The notes under the pieces are model-generated. The model made no database searches. It saw only the letters and a list, made by a program, of their open reading frames with translations, and was not told where the DNA came from. A stretch of DNA of 64,000 nt from Pseudomonadota bacterium (GTDB lineage Bacteria; Pseudomonadota; Gammaproteobacteria; Burkholderiales; JAJZQI01), in contig JAJZQI010000005.1 in the NCBI GenBank assembly GCA_021851875.1, forward strand, positions 69,813 to 133,812, in the 5' to 3' direction. The translations under genes and the position numbers were made by a program. Position 1 is the first letter of the stretch. Every line of letters begins with the position of its first letter. Shown here one piece after another: positions 34,429 through 46,271 of this stretch.

Positions 34429-35299
34429 TATCACAACTATCCAGATGACCGGAAAAAAGGCTGGCGGCAATGATCATACTCCCCCCCAGCCATTCCCTCA
34501 GGCTCAATGTCTCATGCGCCAGAAAAAAAGCGGTGATGGCGGCAAACACCAGCTCAGACAACAAAATAATAATCGACTGATTGGCCGGCAAGCGTGACAG
34601 ACCATACTGCACAGCCAGCGTGACAAGAAACAGCACCGCGCCGATCATCGCGATCAGCCCCCAGCCGGCAAGCGGCAAAGTGGACAGCGAAGGAATGCCA
34701 TCCCTGTCAAACAGAAGCGGCACCCCCGACAGCAGCACAACGCCCAGCCAAATGGCCAGCGATTTGGCCGCGATAGTCAGTGCGGCGGCATAACGCGACA
34801 GCACGTTGCTGAGTGCGAACATCATGCCGGCAGAAAGACCGATCCATTCCGCCTTCACGGACGGCAATGGCATCCCCAGTTCAGGCCGCCACAACATCAC
34901 AAGCGCCCCAGCCAGAGACAACGAAATGATCAGCCAACCTTTACCCGTCAGTTGTTCCTGCAACAGCAGTCGGGAAAAAAGCACTGTCCACAGCGGCGCA
35001 AGATAAAATAGCAGCAGAACGCGCATGACCTGACCGTCGAGCATGGCCAGAACGTAGCCCAGGTTGGTCCATCCCGCCACAACGGCAATCGCCAGCACCA
35101 GCACAGGGTGGGCGCACAGGCCGTCAAGATGCTTGCGGTAAAGGACTGCTCCCAGCACAAGCGGGATACTATAGGTCAAAAGCGAAGATAACACACCGCC
35201 AATCCCGGCGGCATCGAGCAGACGATAGGGATACCAGATAACGCCCCAGACAAAGGCGCCGAAGGTGAGTCCTAAAATGGCGGTGAGTTTTGTTGGCAT
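34418..35299 (-). CDS. DMT (EamA) family transporter
   Basis: About 10 TM segments, WGVIWYP, LLFYLAPLW, SELVFA. Confidence 0.88.
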   Translation of the reverse strand: MPTKLTAILGLTFGAFVWGVIWYPYRLLDAAGIGGVLSSLLTYSIPLVLGAVLYRKHLDGLCAHPVLVLAIAVVAGWTNLGYVLAMLDGQVMRVLLLFYLAPLWTVLFSRLLLQEQLTGKGWLIISLSLAGALVMLWRPELGMPLPSVKAEWIGLSAGMMFALSNVLSRYAAALTIAAKSLAIWLGVVLLSGVPLLFDRDGIPSLSTLPLAGWGLIAMIGAVLFLVTLAVQYGLSRLPANQSIIILLSELVFAAITAFFLAHETLSLREWLGGSMIIAASLFSGHLDSCDNEH

Positions 35300-35347
35300 A
35301 CCTGAGGATGCTTTATAATTCCTGTTTTATTTTTCCGATCGCCTCTG

Positions 35348-36544
35348 ATGAATCCGCGCCTCGATCTGTTGCACCCCTACCCGTTCCAGAAACTGCGTGA
35401 ATTGTTTGCCGGCCTGACCCCTAACCCGGCATTGAGCCACATCAATCTCTCGATCGGCGAACCGAAACACGCCACACCCGCTTTCATCGGCACGGCATTG
35501 GCCGACAATTTCAAGGGACTTGCCAGTTATCCGGTGACGCAAGGCAACCCCTCTTTGCGCCAGGCCATTGCAGCGTGGCTGCAACAGCGATACACGCTGC
35601 CCCCGCTGGATGCCGAAAAACAGATCATACCGGTAAACGGCAGTCGGGAAGCCCTGTTTGCCTTTGCCCAGGCCGTGATCGATCCCACCCGGCCGGCTCC
35701 GATTGTGCTCTCGCCCAACCCCTTTTACCAGATTTATGAGGGCGCCGCATTACTGGCCGGAGCAGAACCCTACTATCTGAACACGCTGCCAGAAAACCGC
35801 TTCCGTCTCGACCTGGCAGGCGTCCCCGAATCCGTCTGGCAACGCACCCAGCTGATGTACGTCTGCTCACCGGGCAATCCGACCGGCGCTGTTTTTGGCC
35901 TGGCGGAGTGGCGTGAGCTGTTCGACTATTCCCGCCGTTACGGCTTCGTCATCGCCAGCGACGAATGTTACTCGGAAATTTATTTTGACGCCGACCAGGC
36001 GCCGCTCGGCGCGTTGCAAGCCGCGCAGCAGCTTGGCCTGCCGGACTATGATCGGCTGGTGGTTTTCTCCAGTTTATCCAAGCGCTCCAATGTTCCGGGC
36101 ATGCGCTCCGGTTTCGTGGCCGGCAATGCCGCCATTTTGCAAAAATTCCTGCTCTACCGCACCTATCACGGCTGCGCCATGAACCCGGCGGTACAGGCAG
36201 CCAGCGAAGCCGCCTGGAATGATGAAACACATGTGCAGGAAAATCGCCGCTTGTACAAAGAAAAATTTGCCGCGGTCATCCCCATTCTGGCGCAGGCTAT
36301 GCCGGCCGAAATGCCGGATGCCGCTTTTTACCTGTGGGTGCGTACCCCCATCGACGATACCGTTTTCGCGCAAATGCTCTATCGCGATTATAATGTCACG
36401 GTTTTGCCCGGCAGCTACCTGGCCCGTGAAGCGCACGGAGTCAACCCTGGGGCCGGCTTCATCCGCATTGCCCTGGTGGCGGAGCTGAACGAATGCCTTG
36501 AAGCGGCACAGCGCATCGTCGCCTGTGCGCAGAGTTTGAAATAA
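35348..36544 (+). CDS. dapC: Succinyldiaminopimelate transaminase
   Basis: [41 protein letters not shown]; precedes dapD. Confidence 0.93.
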   Translation: MNPRLDLLHPYPFQKLRELFAGLTPNPALSHINLSIGEPKHATPAFIGTALADNFKGLASYPVTQGNPSLRQAIAAWLQQRYTLPPLDAEKQIIPVNGSREALFAFAQAVIDPTRPAPIVLSPNPFYQIYEGAALLAGAEPYYLNTLPENRFRLDLAGVPESVWQRTQLMYVCSPGNPTGAVFGLAEWRELFDYSRRYGFVIASDECYSEIYFDADQAPLGALQAAQQLGLPDYDRLVVFSSLSKRSNVPGMRSGFVAGNAAILQKFLLYRTYHGCAMNPAVQAASEAAWNDETHVQENRRLYKEKFAAVIPILAQAMPAEMPDAAFYLWVRTPIDDTVFAQMLYRDYNVTVLPGSYLAREAHGVNPGAGFIRIALVAELNECLEAAQRIVACAQSLK

Positions 36545-36561
36545 TCACTGAAGGAACAAGC

Positions 36562-37383
36562 ATGCAAGAACTGCAAACCATGATCGAAGACGCGTTTGAG
36601 CGTCGTGCCGACATCAACCCGCGTAATGCCGATGCCAAGCTGAAGGATGGCATCGCTCATGTGCTTGACATGCTGGACCGCGGCGAAATCCGCGTTGCGG
36701 AAAAAATCGACGGCCAATGGGTCACCAACCAATGGGTCAAGAAGGCTGTGCTGCTGTCGTTCCGCCTGGAAGACAATGCCTTCATCAAGGGCGGTTTCAC
36801 CAATTATTTCGACAAGGTCCCCTCCAAGTTCGCCGATTACAACTCCAAGGATTTCCGCGAAGGCGGCTTTCGCGTTGTTCCCCCCGCTGCAGCCCGCCGC
36901 GGTTCCTTTATCGCCAAAAATGTCGTGCTGATGCCTTCTTACGTCAACATCGGCGCTTACGTTGACGAAGGCACCATGGTTGATACCTGGGCCACCGTGG
37001 GCTCCTGCGCCCAGATCGGCAAAAACGTACACCTGTCCGGCGGTGTGGGTATCGGCGGCGTGCTGGAACCGGTACAGGCCAATCCGACCATCATCGGCGA
37101 CAACTGTTTCATCGGCGCCCGCTCGGAAGTGGTTGAAGGCGTGATCGTGGAAGACAACTGCGTCATTTCTATGGGCGTTTATATCGGCCAATCCACCAAG
37201 ATTTATGACCGCGAAACGGGTGAGATCATGTACGGTCGCGTGCCTGCCGGCTCCGTCGTCGTGTCCGGCAACCTGCCGTCCAAGGACGGCAGCTACAGCC
37301 TCTACTGCGCCGTCATCGTCAAGAAAGTCGATGAAAAAACGCGCTCCAAGGTCGGCATTAACGAGCTGCTGCGGGGAATTTGA
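36562..37383 (+). CDS. dapD: Tetrahydrodipicolinate N-succinyltransferase
   Basis: [39 protein letters not shown]. Confidence 0.99.
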   Translation: MQELQTMIEDAFERRADINPRNADAKLKDGIAHVLDMLDRGEIRVAEKIDGQWVTNQWVKKAVLLSFRLEDNAFIKGGFTNYFDKVPSKFADYNSKDFREGGFRVVPPAAARRGSFIAKNVVLMPSYVNIGAYVDEGTMVDTWATVGSCAQIGKNVHLSGGVGIGGVLEPVQANPTIIGDNCFIGARSEVVEGVIVEDNCVISMGVYIGQSTKIYDRETGEIMYGRVPAGSVVVSGNLPSKDGSYSLYCAVIVKKVDEKTRSKVGINELLRGI

Positions 37384-37475
37384 CCAGCACAGTACCCGAA
37401 AATTCAGAACGCGGTTTTCGGTGAAGTAACATGGACAAAATCCATGTTAAGCTGCATAGCAGCGGCCGGAGCCAC

Positions 37476-37523
37476 AAGACGCGCAGCAAGGTAGGAATCA
37501 ACGAACTGTTGCGCGGCATCTAA
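37476..37523 (+). repeat. Synonymously recoded duplicate of the last 16 codons of dapD (37336-37383)
   Basis: Both encode [15 protein letters not shown]; 12 nucleotide differences in 48 nt, all silent. Confidence 0.95.
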
Positions 37524-37554
37524 CAGCGATAACCCATTTTCGCACAACTCTGTT

Positions 37555-37595
37555 TCGGCATGCCATCTCTCCAACGGCATGCCGATTTCATTTTT
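37555..37595 (+). terminator. Probable terminator after the dapD duplicate
   Basis: TCGGCATGCC...GGCATGCCGA stem followed by TTTCATTTTT. Confidence 0.6.
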
Positions 37596-37840
37596 ACTCC
37601 TTCCTCGCAGACCGGACACCTCACCCCGGTCTCTCTAGTTTATCCCAAACCCTGTTTGATCATCCATTGCGTGAGTTAATGTGCTACTTATAATTGAAAT
37701 ATTGATGTGCAATCTGCGTTCACCGGACAATTCATTACATTGGACAAATGTGGCGTTCTTGTCCAAACTTAAACAGTTAACATCTGTTCATTATTTTTGC
37801 AACGGCAGGCTTTGTTTGGCTTAATAGAACTCAATCACAC

Positions 37841-39280
37841 ATGCACCGAACACTTCGCTACCTGCTACTGCCCCCCTTGCTGGGATTGATGGCCTCTTGC
37901 CATCAGTCCCCGCCGCCGATTCCACCGGTCAGCGAGAGCAAGGAACTGGTTGTAGTCACGCGCTATGGACCCACCTCCTATCGTAAGGATGCGAATGGTG
38001 AACAATCCGGTATCGAATACGACCTGGCCTCGCTTTTTGCCGAATATATCCATGCAAAACTGCGCATCGTCGTGGCGGATCGTTTCAGCGATATCATTCC
38101 CGCACTGGTCAACCATCAGGTGCATTTGGCTGCTGCCGGTCTGACCATCACTCCCCAACGGCAGAGCCAAATATTCTATGGCCCCGCTTACCAAACGGTA
38201 ACCGAGCAGGCTGCCTATAACGCGGACACCACGGAACCCATTCACACGATTTCCGACCTGATCGGCAAGCGCATCGAAGTCGTGGCGGGCAGCAGTTACG
38301 TGGAACACCTGAAAGCATTAAAACAGAAATACCCTGCACTCCAATGGATCGAAAAACCCAAGCTGGAAACCGAAGACCTGCTGGCCCGCCTGGACAGCGG
38401 CGAGACGGATGTGGTGATTGCCGACTCCCACATCATCAAACTCACGCAAAACTATTTCCCCAACATTGCCGCCGGCGTTGCCATTGCGGGAGATGAAGAA
38501 CTGGCTTGGGCCTTCCCCAAAGACACCGACCCTCAGTTGATGATGCAAGCCCATAATTTTTTCAAGCAGATCAAGCAGGATGGCACCTTAAAACGTTTGC
38601 TGGATCGTTACTATGGGCACATAGCCCGCCTTTCCCGCGAGGATCGGGAGGCTTTTTTGCGCGCCATCAATCTTGATTTGCCGAAGTTCAGGAAATACTT
38701 CCAGGAGGCGCAGGAATACACCGATGTGGACTGGCGCTTCCTGGCTGCGATCGGCTACCAGGAATCGCACTGGGACCCCTTTGCCACCTCCCCTACAGGA
38801 GTGCGCGGATTGATGATGCTCACGGAAGATACGGCGGACCACATGGGGGTCACTGACAGGCTGGACCCAAAACAGAGCATCGTGGCCGGCGCCAAATATT
38901 TCGTCATGATGCGCGATGCCCTGCCCAATGATATTGCCGAACCGGACCGCAGCTGGCTGGCGCTGGCCTCATACAATACCGGCATGGGACATCTGGAAGA
39001 CGCCCGGGTGCTGGCGGATCGACTGAAAATGGACCCGGACTCCTGGACCGATCTCAAGAAGACCCTACCCATGCTAAGCCGGCCGCAATACGCCAGCCAG
39101 GTTAAGCATGGCTATGCGCGTGGCGGAGAGTCGGTCATCTTTGCAGAAAACATCCGCAACTACTACGACATCCTCATGCGCTTCGAGAAACCCTACACGC
39201 CGCTGTTCACACCATTGGGCGACAAAAACAAATACCGTCTGGGCCAAGGTCGAACGGACAAGACAGCGCACGCAGGCTAG
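37841..39280 (+). CDS. mltF: Membrane-bound lytic murein transglycosylase F
   Basis: Lipobox-like LMASC, SBP domain (GIEYDLA, AAAGL), SLT domain YQESHWD, GVRGLMMLT, ASYN, GYARG. Confidence 0.93.
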   Translation: MHRTLRYLLLPPLLGLMASCHQSPPPIPPVSESKELVVVTRYGPTSYRKDANGEQSGIEYDLASLFAEYIHAKLRIVVADRFSDIIPALVNHQVHLAAAGLTITPQRQSQIFYGPAYQTVTEQAAYNADTTEPIHTISDLIGKRIEVVAGSSYVEHLKALKQKYPALQWIEKPKLETEDLLARLDSGETDVVIADSHIIKLTQNYFPNIAAGVAIAGDEELAWAFPKDTDPQLMMQAHNFFKQIKQDGTLKRLLDRYYGHIARLSREDREAFLRAINLDLPKFRKYFQEAQEYTDVDWRFLAAIGYQESHWDPFATSPTGVRGLMMLTEDTADHMGVTDRLDPKQSIVAGAKYFVMMRDALPNDIAEPDRSWLALASYNTGMGHLEDARVLADRLKMDPDSWTDLKKTLPMLSRPQYASQVKHGYARGGESVIFAENIRNYYDILMRFEKPYTPLFTPLGDKNKYRLGQGRTDKTAHAG

Positions 39281-39290
39281 CTCAACCCGT

Positions 39291-39387
39291 CTGCGCCCCA
39301 AACCGTCAGCAGGCGGGCTTGATAACCTCTACCCCACCCATATACGCTTGCAGGGCTTGCGGAATCATCACGCTGCCATCTGCCTGC
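39291..39387 (-). repeat. Direct-repeat copy of the serS 3' end plus downstream flank (original 39441-39536)
   Basis: 82-nt coding part with 3 mismatches: [26 protein letters not shown] vs [26 protein letters not shown]. Confidence 0.95.
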
Positions 39388-39454
39388 CTTGGACGATTTT
39401 GGCTCCGGCACGCTGCGCTTAACTTGCTGCGCAAGTTAGCCTGCGCCGAAACCG

Positions 39455-40747
<1,293 letters not shown>

Positions 40748-42061
40748 TTACTTTTTATTGGCCGCGCGATCCAGCGACCGCAGGTATGCCATACGTTCTG
40801 CAATTTTTCCTTCCAGTCCGCGCGGTGTCGGCTGGTAAAAAATCTGCTCCGTCATCCCGTCCGGCAGATACTGTTCGCCGGCCGCATAGGCTTCCGGTTC
40901 GTCATGCGCATAACGGTATGCCTTGCCGTAGCCCATTTCCTTCATCAGCTTGGTCGGCGCATTACGCAAGTGTACGGGCACAGGGCGCGACTTGTCCTGC
41001 TTGATCCAGCCACGGACGGTATTATACGCCACATACACGGCATTGCTCTTGGCCGCGACGGCCAGATAAACGGCTGCCTGCGCCAACGCCAGCTCGCCTT
41101 CCGGGCTGCCGAGCCGTTCATAACTGGCGCAGGCGTCCAGCGTCATTGTCAGCGCGCGCGGATCGGCCAGCCCGATATCTTCGCTGGCCATGCGCACCAG
41201 CCTGCGGCCAAGGTAAAGCGGGTCGGCTCCGCCGTCGAGCATCCGCACCAACCAGTAAAGCGCCCCATCGGGATTGGAGCCGCGCACGGATTTGTGCAAA
41301 GCGGAAATCTGGTCGTAAAACTCGTCGCCCCCCTTATCGAACCGGCGCGACTGGCGCGCAAGCACTGCGGAAACGAACTCGGCTGAAACCTTTTGCTCAT
41401 CCCGGGTTGTGGCGGCCGTGTGCACCTGCTCCAGCAGATTGAACAGGCGGCGCGCATCTCCATCGGCATAAGACACCAGCAGCTCGGCGGCGTCCTTGTC
41501 TATCAGCAGCGACAAATGCACTGCAGCCCGCTCGACCAGCTGCAGCAAATCGGCGTCATCCAGCGGCTGCAGACGATAAACCTGTGCGCGGGACAGCAAG
41601 GCGCTGTTGACCTCGAATGAGGGATTCTCGGTGGTCGCCCCGACGAAGGTCACCAAGCCCTGCTCCACATAGGGCAGGAAGGCATCCTGTTGCGCCTTGT
41701 TGAAACGGTGCACTTCGTCGACGAACAGAATGGTATGCCGGCCTTGCGATTGATGCATCTGCGCCTGGGCTACGGCATCGCGTATGTCTTTTACACCGGA
41801 GAATACGGCTGAAAGAGGAATGAACTCGGCATCGAAATGCTGCGCCATCAGTCTGGCCAGCGTGGTTTTACCCACCCCCGGCGGGCCCCACAGAATCAGC
41901 GAATGCAGCTTGCCTGAAGCAAATGCGATGTGCAGCGGCATGCCCTCGCCCAGCAGATGCCGCTGTCCGACAAACTCACCGAGTGTTCGCGGACGCAGCT
42001 GCTCCGCCAGGGGGATGTGACCGGCTGGGATATCGTCAAACAGGGAATTCTGACTGGACAT
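40748..42061 (-). CDS. rarA: Replication-associated recombination protein A
   Basis: PLAEQLRP, WGPPGVGKT, DEVHRFNKAQQD, SALHKSVRGS, ASEDIGLADP. Confidence 0.97.
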   Translation of the reverse strand: MSSQNSLFDDIPAGHIPLAEQLRPRTLGEFVGQRHLLGEGMPLHIAFASGKLHSLILWGPPGVGKTTLARLMAQHFDAEFIPLSAVFSGVKDIRDAVAQAQMHQSQGRHTILFVDEVHRFNKAQQDAFLPYVEQGLVTFVGATTENPSFEVNSALLSRAQVYRLQPLDDADLLQLVERAAVHLSLLIDKDAAELLVSYADGDARRLFNLLEQVHTAATTRDEQKVSAEFVSAVLARQSRRFDKGGDEFYDQISALHKSVRGSNPDGALYWLVRMLDGGADPLYLGRRLVRMASEDIGLADPRALTMTLDACASYERLGSPEGELALAQAAVYLAVAAKSNAVYVAYNTVRGWIKQDKSRPVPVHLRNAPTKLMKEMGYGKAYRYAHDEPEAYAAGEQYLPDGMTEQIFYQPTPRGLEGKIAERMAYLRSLDRAANKK

Positions 42062-42070
42062 GGGTGCCGC

Positions 42071-42682
42071 TCATTCACCCACCACATCGGCGCCGGCAGG
42101 CGGGGTAAAACTGAACAATTTGCTGTCCTGCTTTGCCGGCATGGTCGTCTTGCCGAATGTCAGATAAGTCGTCTGACCGAAATTATCGAACAGTCTCATG
42201 GCAACCACCTTGCCTTTTTCCAGACCCAGCTGAACCTTGCTGAAACCGGCGTCCTGTGATTTCGGGCTGGCAGCCACCCAGCTCAGACCGTCTTTTTCGC
42301 CGCTGTCGCGCAGCACGAATTGCTGCTCCAACGTACCCTCACCCGCCAGCAAGGCTGCCGGCGAGCTGCCCAGGGCATTACCCATTTTACGCACGGTGAC
42401 CTGATTGAGATCCGGGTCGAACAGCCATACCCGTTCTCCATCGCCCACGATCAACTGGTCAAACGGCTGCTGCACGACCCAGCGGAATTTTCCCGGCCGA
42501 GAGATGGCAAACCACCCGCTGCTTTGCTGCACGATATGCCCGTTCTTGTCATATACCGTCTGGTTGAATTCGCCTTTCAGACGCGGGGTACTGTTCAAAA
42601 ATGTTTTCAATGCTTCCACGTTGCCCGCCTGGGCCAGCCCGGCCCATAAAAGCACGCAAAGAAACACGATTTTTTTCAGCAT
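42071..42682 (-). CDS. lolA: Outer membrane lipoprotein chaperone LolA
   Basis: Signal peptide, FNQTV, RPGKFRW, DPDLNQVT, FTPPAGADV. Confidence 0.95.
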   Translation of the reverse strand: MLKKIVFLCVLLWAGLAQAGNVEALKTFLNSTPRLKGEFNQTVYDKNGHIVQQSSGWFAISRPGKFRWVVQQPFDQLIVGDGERVWLFDPDLNQVTVRKMGNALGSSPAALLAGEGTLEQQFVLRDSGEKDGLSWVAASPKSQDAGFSKVQLGLEKGKVVAMRLFDNFGQTTYLTFGKTTMPAKQDSKLFSFTPPAGADVVGE

Positions 42683-44994
42683 TATTCCTCACCTCGTGAC
42701 GGTACCAGCACTTCGCGATTGCCATTGCTTTGCATGGGTGACACGAGCCCGGCATTTTCCATTTGTTCAATCAATCTGGCCGCGCGGTTGTAACCGATGC
42801 GCAACTGCCGCTGCACCAGGGAAATGGATGCGCGGCGCGATTTCAGCACCACGTTGACAGCTTCGTCATACAGCGGATCGGCCTCGGCATCGCTGTCGCC
42901 GCCGCCGAATCCCTCTTCAGAGGAAACCTCGGGATTATCCAAGATGCCTTCGACATAATTCGGTTGACCCATTTGCTTAAGGTGTTCAACCACCCGGTGC
43001 ACCTCGTCATCGGAAACGAAAGCGCCGTGTACACGTTGCGGCAAGCCCGTGCCGGGCGGCAGATAAAGCATGTCACCCTGCCCCAGCAAAGCTTCCGCCC
43101 CCATCTGATCCAGAATGGTACGGGAGTCGATTTTGCTGGACACCTGGAAAGCGATACGAGTGGGTATGTTCGCCTTGATCAAACCGGTGATCACATCGAC
43201 CGATGGACGCTGAGTTGCCAGGATCAAATGAATTCCCGAGGCGCGCGCCTTTTGTGCCAGACGGGCGATCAATTCCTCCACCTTCTTGCCTGCGACCATC
43301 ATGAGGTCGGCAAGTTCGTCGATGATGACCACGATGAACGGCAGCTCCTCGAGCGGCTCCGGGTTTTCCGGTGTCAAAGAGAACGGATTCTTCAGGCGCT
43401 CGCCCGCCTTTTCGGCTTCTTTCAGCTTCTGATTGAAACCGCTGATATTGCGCACGCCCAGGGCGGCCATCAGGCGGTAGCGCTTCTCCATTTCCGCCAC
43501 GCACCAGGAAAGCGCATAGGCAGCCTGCTTCATATCCGTCACCACGGGGGCGAGCAGATGCGGAATCCCTTCATAAACAGAAAGTTCCAGCATCTTTGGA
43601 TCGACCAGGATCAGTCGCACGTCTGCCGGCGATGACTTGTACAGCAGACTGAGAATCATGGCGTTGATGGCCACCGATTTGCCCGAACCGGTCGTGCCGG
43701 CGACCAGCACATGCGGCATTTTGGCCAGGTCGGCCACAATGGGATTGCCGCTGATGTCCTTGCCCATGGCCATGGTCAATGGCGAGACATTGTCGTTGTA
43801 CACGCGCGACCCGACAATCTCCGTCAGCCGCACGATCTGGCGTTTGGGGTTGGGAATTTCCAGGCCCATGCAGGATTTGCCCGGAATGGTTTCCACCACA
43901 CGAATACTGACCACGGACATGGCCCGCGCCAGATCGCGCACGAGATTGACGATCTGGCTGCCCTTCACACCGATGGCGGGTTCGATTTCGTAACGGGTAA
44001 TCACCGGCCCCGGATGGGCCGACAGGACTTTCACCTCCACGCCAAAATCCAGCAGCTTGCGCTCGATCAGGCGTGAATTGAATTCCAGTGTTTCGGCGCT
44101 TACCAGTTCAACGGCGGCGTCCGCCGGGTCCAGCAAACTGAGCGGCGGCAACGGGGAGTCAGGCATGTCGGCAAACAAGGGAACCTGCCTTTCCTTATCC
44201 ACGCGCTCGGACTGCTCAACCTCCACCACGGGCATTTCGATTTTGATCGGCTCGTGTTCGACAATGCGACGGCGCTCTTCCGAAACGACTTCCTCGCGCT
44301 GCTGCTGGGCGATTTCCCCGGCTTTCAGATCCTGCCGCTTCTGCATCTGCCCGACGGCCCAGGCATAGGCGGACTCCACCCAAATGCCGACGCGCTCGGA
44401 TACATTCAACCAGGAAAGTCCGGTAAACAGGCTCACGCTGACTGCAATCAGGAAGATCAGCAGCAGCGTAGCGCCGGTAAAGCCCAGCAGCTGCAACAAT
44501 AATTTGCTGACAAGCGCACCGCTTATACCGCCGGGCGCCAGGGGCAAAGGAACGGTCAGGCTGTACAGGCGCAATGCCTCAAGAGCGCTGGAGGCCAGCA
44601 GCAACACCAGGAAACCGGCCGAGGCGATTAACAGCGACCGGCGGTCGGCCAAATCCGGCGCATCGATCCGCCGGTAGCCCCACCAGATCACATACAGCAG
44701 GAACACCAATATCAGATAGGTGGACAACCCGAACACATACAGCAGGACATCCGCGATCCAGGCGCCTACGACGCCCCCGACGTTGTGAATGACAGCATTG
44801 TCGACGCTGTGCGACCAGGAGGAATCGGCGTGATCATAACTCAGCAGAATGAGCGCCACATAAACTGACACGACCACCAGTGCCAGCCACCAGGCCTCGC
44901 TGAGCAAACGAGACAGCTTGGGCGAAAACGGGCGGGCAGGCTTGGCGCTGCCGGTATTTGCGGAGGACGGGTTGTTGGGTGAGCGCGGCATCAT
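42682..44994 (-). CDS. ftsK: DNA translocase FtsK
   Basis: N-terminal TMs, [30 protein letters not shown], gamma domain [10 protein letters not shown]. Confidence 0.98.
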   Translation of the reverse strand: MMPRSPNNPSSANTGSAKPARPFSPKLSRLLSEAWWLALVVVSVYVALILLSYDHADSSWSHSVDNAVIHNVGGVVGAWIADVLLYVFGLSTYLILVFLLYVIWWGYRRIDAPDLADRRSLLIASAGFLVLLLASSALEALRLYSLTVPLPLAPGGISGALVSKLLLQLLGFTGATLLLIFLIAVSVSLFTGLSWLNVSERVGIWVESAYAWAVGQMQKRQDLKAGEIAQQQREEVVSEERRRIVEHEPIKIEMPVVEVEQSERVDKERQVPLFADMPDSPLPPLSLLDPADAAVELVSAETLEFNSRLIERKLLDFGVEVKVLSAHPGPVITRYEIEPAIGVKGSQIVNLVRDLARAMSVVSIRVVETIPGKSCMGLEIPNPKRQIVRLTEIVGSRVYNDNVSPLTMAMGKDISGNPIVADLAKMPHVLVAGTTGSGKSVAINAMILSLLYKSSPADVRLILVDPKMLELSVYEGIPHLLAPVVTDMKQAAYALSWCVAEMEKRYRLMAALGVRNISGFNQKLKEAEKAGERLKNPFSLTPENPEPLEELPFIVVIIDELADLMMVAGKKVEELIARLAQKARASGIHLILATQRPSVDVITGLIKANIPTRIAFQVSSKIDSRTILDQMGAEALLGQGDMLYLPPGTGLPQRVHGAFVSDDEVHRVVEHLKQMGQPNYVEGILDNPEVSSEEGFGGGDSDAEADPLYDEAVNVVLKSRRASISLVQRQLRIGYNRAARLIEQMENAGLVSPMQSNGNREVLVPSRGEE

Positions 44995-45268
44995 CGCCTT
45001 GTAATAGTTCTTTAGTTACACAAGCACCATAAGTATGCGTCGATTATATCAGTTCAAGAAAGATATTTTGTATCGCCCTTCGTCCGCGACCGCAAGTCAA
45101 TCGAACAACATGCCTTCTTAATTTCCGGCGGCCCTTGACCAGCCCGGCAGATCACCGCCCACGATAAACCCATGCAGTTGAATGACTTATGACAAAGCCC
45201 CCCCCTGCTGCGGCATCACACGGAACACCGCACCGGCCGTCCAGCCGCGGTTTTTCTTAACAAATCAC

Positions 45269-45297
45269 TTGACCGGCCCTGCCCTCATCTCTAAAAT
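45269..45297 (+). promoter_or_regulatory. Sigma-70 promoter of the tRNA pair
   Basis: TTGACC-N17-TAAAAT with a GC-rich discriminator. Confidence 0.8.
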
Positions 45298-45312
45298 GGC
45301 GGTCTTTGCTGT

Positions 45313-45388
45313 TCCCCGATAGCTCAGTCGGTAGAGCGCCGGACTGTTAATCCGTAGGTCCCTGGTTCGAGCCCAGGTCGGGGAGCCA
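45313..45388 (+). tRNA. tRNA-Asn(GTT)
   Basis: TCCCCGATAGCTCAG...GACTGTTAATC...GGTTCGAGCCC...GGGGAGCCA, 76 nt. Confidence 0.97.
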
Positions 45389-45435
45389 AAAGTTTCTTCA
45401 AGCAGTGCTTTGTGCTGCTTACACAAGTTGTATGC

Positions 45436-45512
45436 GGAGCGGTAGTTCAGTTGGTTAGAATACCGGCCTGTCACGCCGGGGGTCGCGGGTTCGAGTCCCG
45501 TCCGCTCCGCCA
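45436..45512 (+). tRNA. tRNA-Asp(GTC)
   Basis: GGAGCGGTAGTTCAG...CCTGTCACG...GGTTCGAGTCCC...CGCCA, 77 nt. Confidence 0.98.
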
Positions 45513-45569
45513 ACACTGCATACCCCACTTCCCTGACTGACTTCGCAATAGACCGATTGGAAGAAGATC

Positions 45570-46106
45570 ATGGAACAATTCAGCCGCAACACCTCAACAG
45601 CCAGCACCGACAACCCCATTGCGCTATTGCGTGCCTGCCACGTCAAAATCGCCGATCACACTGCCCTGCTCGAACGGATTCGCCAGCACATTGACCTACA
45701 CGGCGTGGATGACGCGGCGCAAGAAGCCATCGAAAAAGTCATCCGCTATTTCGTTCAGGCCGCTCCCTTGCACCATCAGGACGAGGAAGTCGATCTTTTC
45801 CCCCTGCTTGCTGCAGCGGCCAAGGCGGAAGATTACGAAGACGTGCTCGATGCGCTGGCATTTTTGCAAGAGGACCATATCAAGCTCGACACCCTGTGGC
45901 AAAGCATGCTGTCGCAACTGCAAACCATTCTGGCGCAGCGATCCGGCAATATCGACCCCGCCACGTTACGCCTGTTTGCCGCCGCCTATCAGCGACATAT
46001 CGAAGCCGAAAACAGCCTTATTCTCCCCTACGCACAAGCGACCCTTGATCAGGCCACACTGGCGCGCCTCGGTCAGTCGATGAAGCTGCGCCGCAGCCCC
46101 GGCTAG
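45570..46106 (+). CDS. Hemerythrin/HHE cation-binding domain protein
   Basis: LRACH, YF...HHQDEEVDLFP, EDH, Y..HIEAEN. Confidence 0.88.
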   Translation: MEQFSRNTSTASTDNPIALLRACHVKIADHTALLERIRQHIDLHGVDDAAQEAIEKVIRYFVQAAPLHHQDEEVDLFPLLAAAAKAEDYEDVLDALAFLQEDHIKLDTLWQSMLSQLQTILAQRSGNIDPATLRLFAAAYQRHIEAENSLILPYAQATLDQATLARLGQSMKLRRSPG

Positions 46107-46195
46107 ATATTCTCTGTCTTTCCCCATCCATAGCAAAACAAAACAAGAAACTATTTGTATTTATTTGCTGCGCCCAATATATATAAATTTCACAT

Positions 46196-46229
46196 TGGTC
46201 ATATTTCTGTAATATTACCTCATTAGAAT
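46196..46229 (+). promoter_or_regulatory. Pho box and -10 element of pstS
   Basis: TGGTCAT-ATTT-CTGTAAT (46196-46213), 10-nt spacer, TAGAAT (46224-46229). Confidence 0.8.
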
Positions 46230-46271
46230 CTGGCCTGTTTCAACTTCCGCCAATCAAATGGAGATATCCGA

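Noticed and set aside
45513-46271. Genomic island at tRNA-Asp
   Set aside because: No integrase and no att repeat seen; followed by ordinary hemerythrin and pst genes
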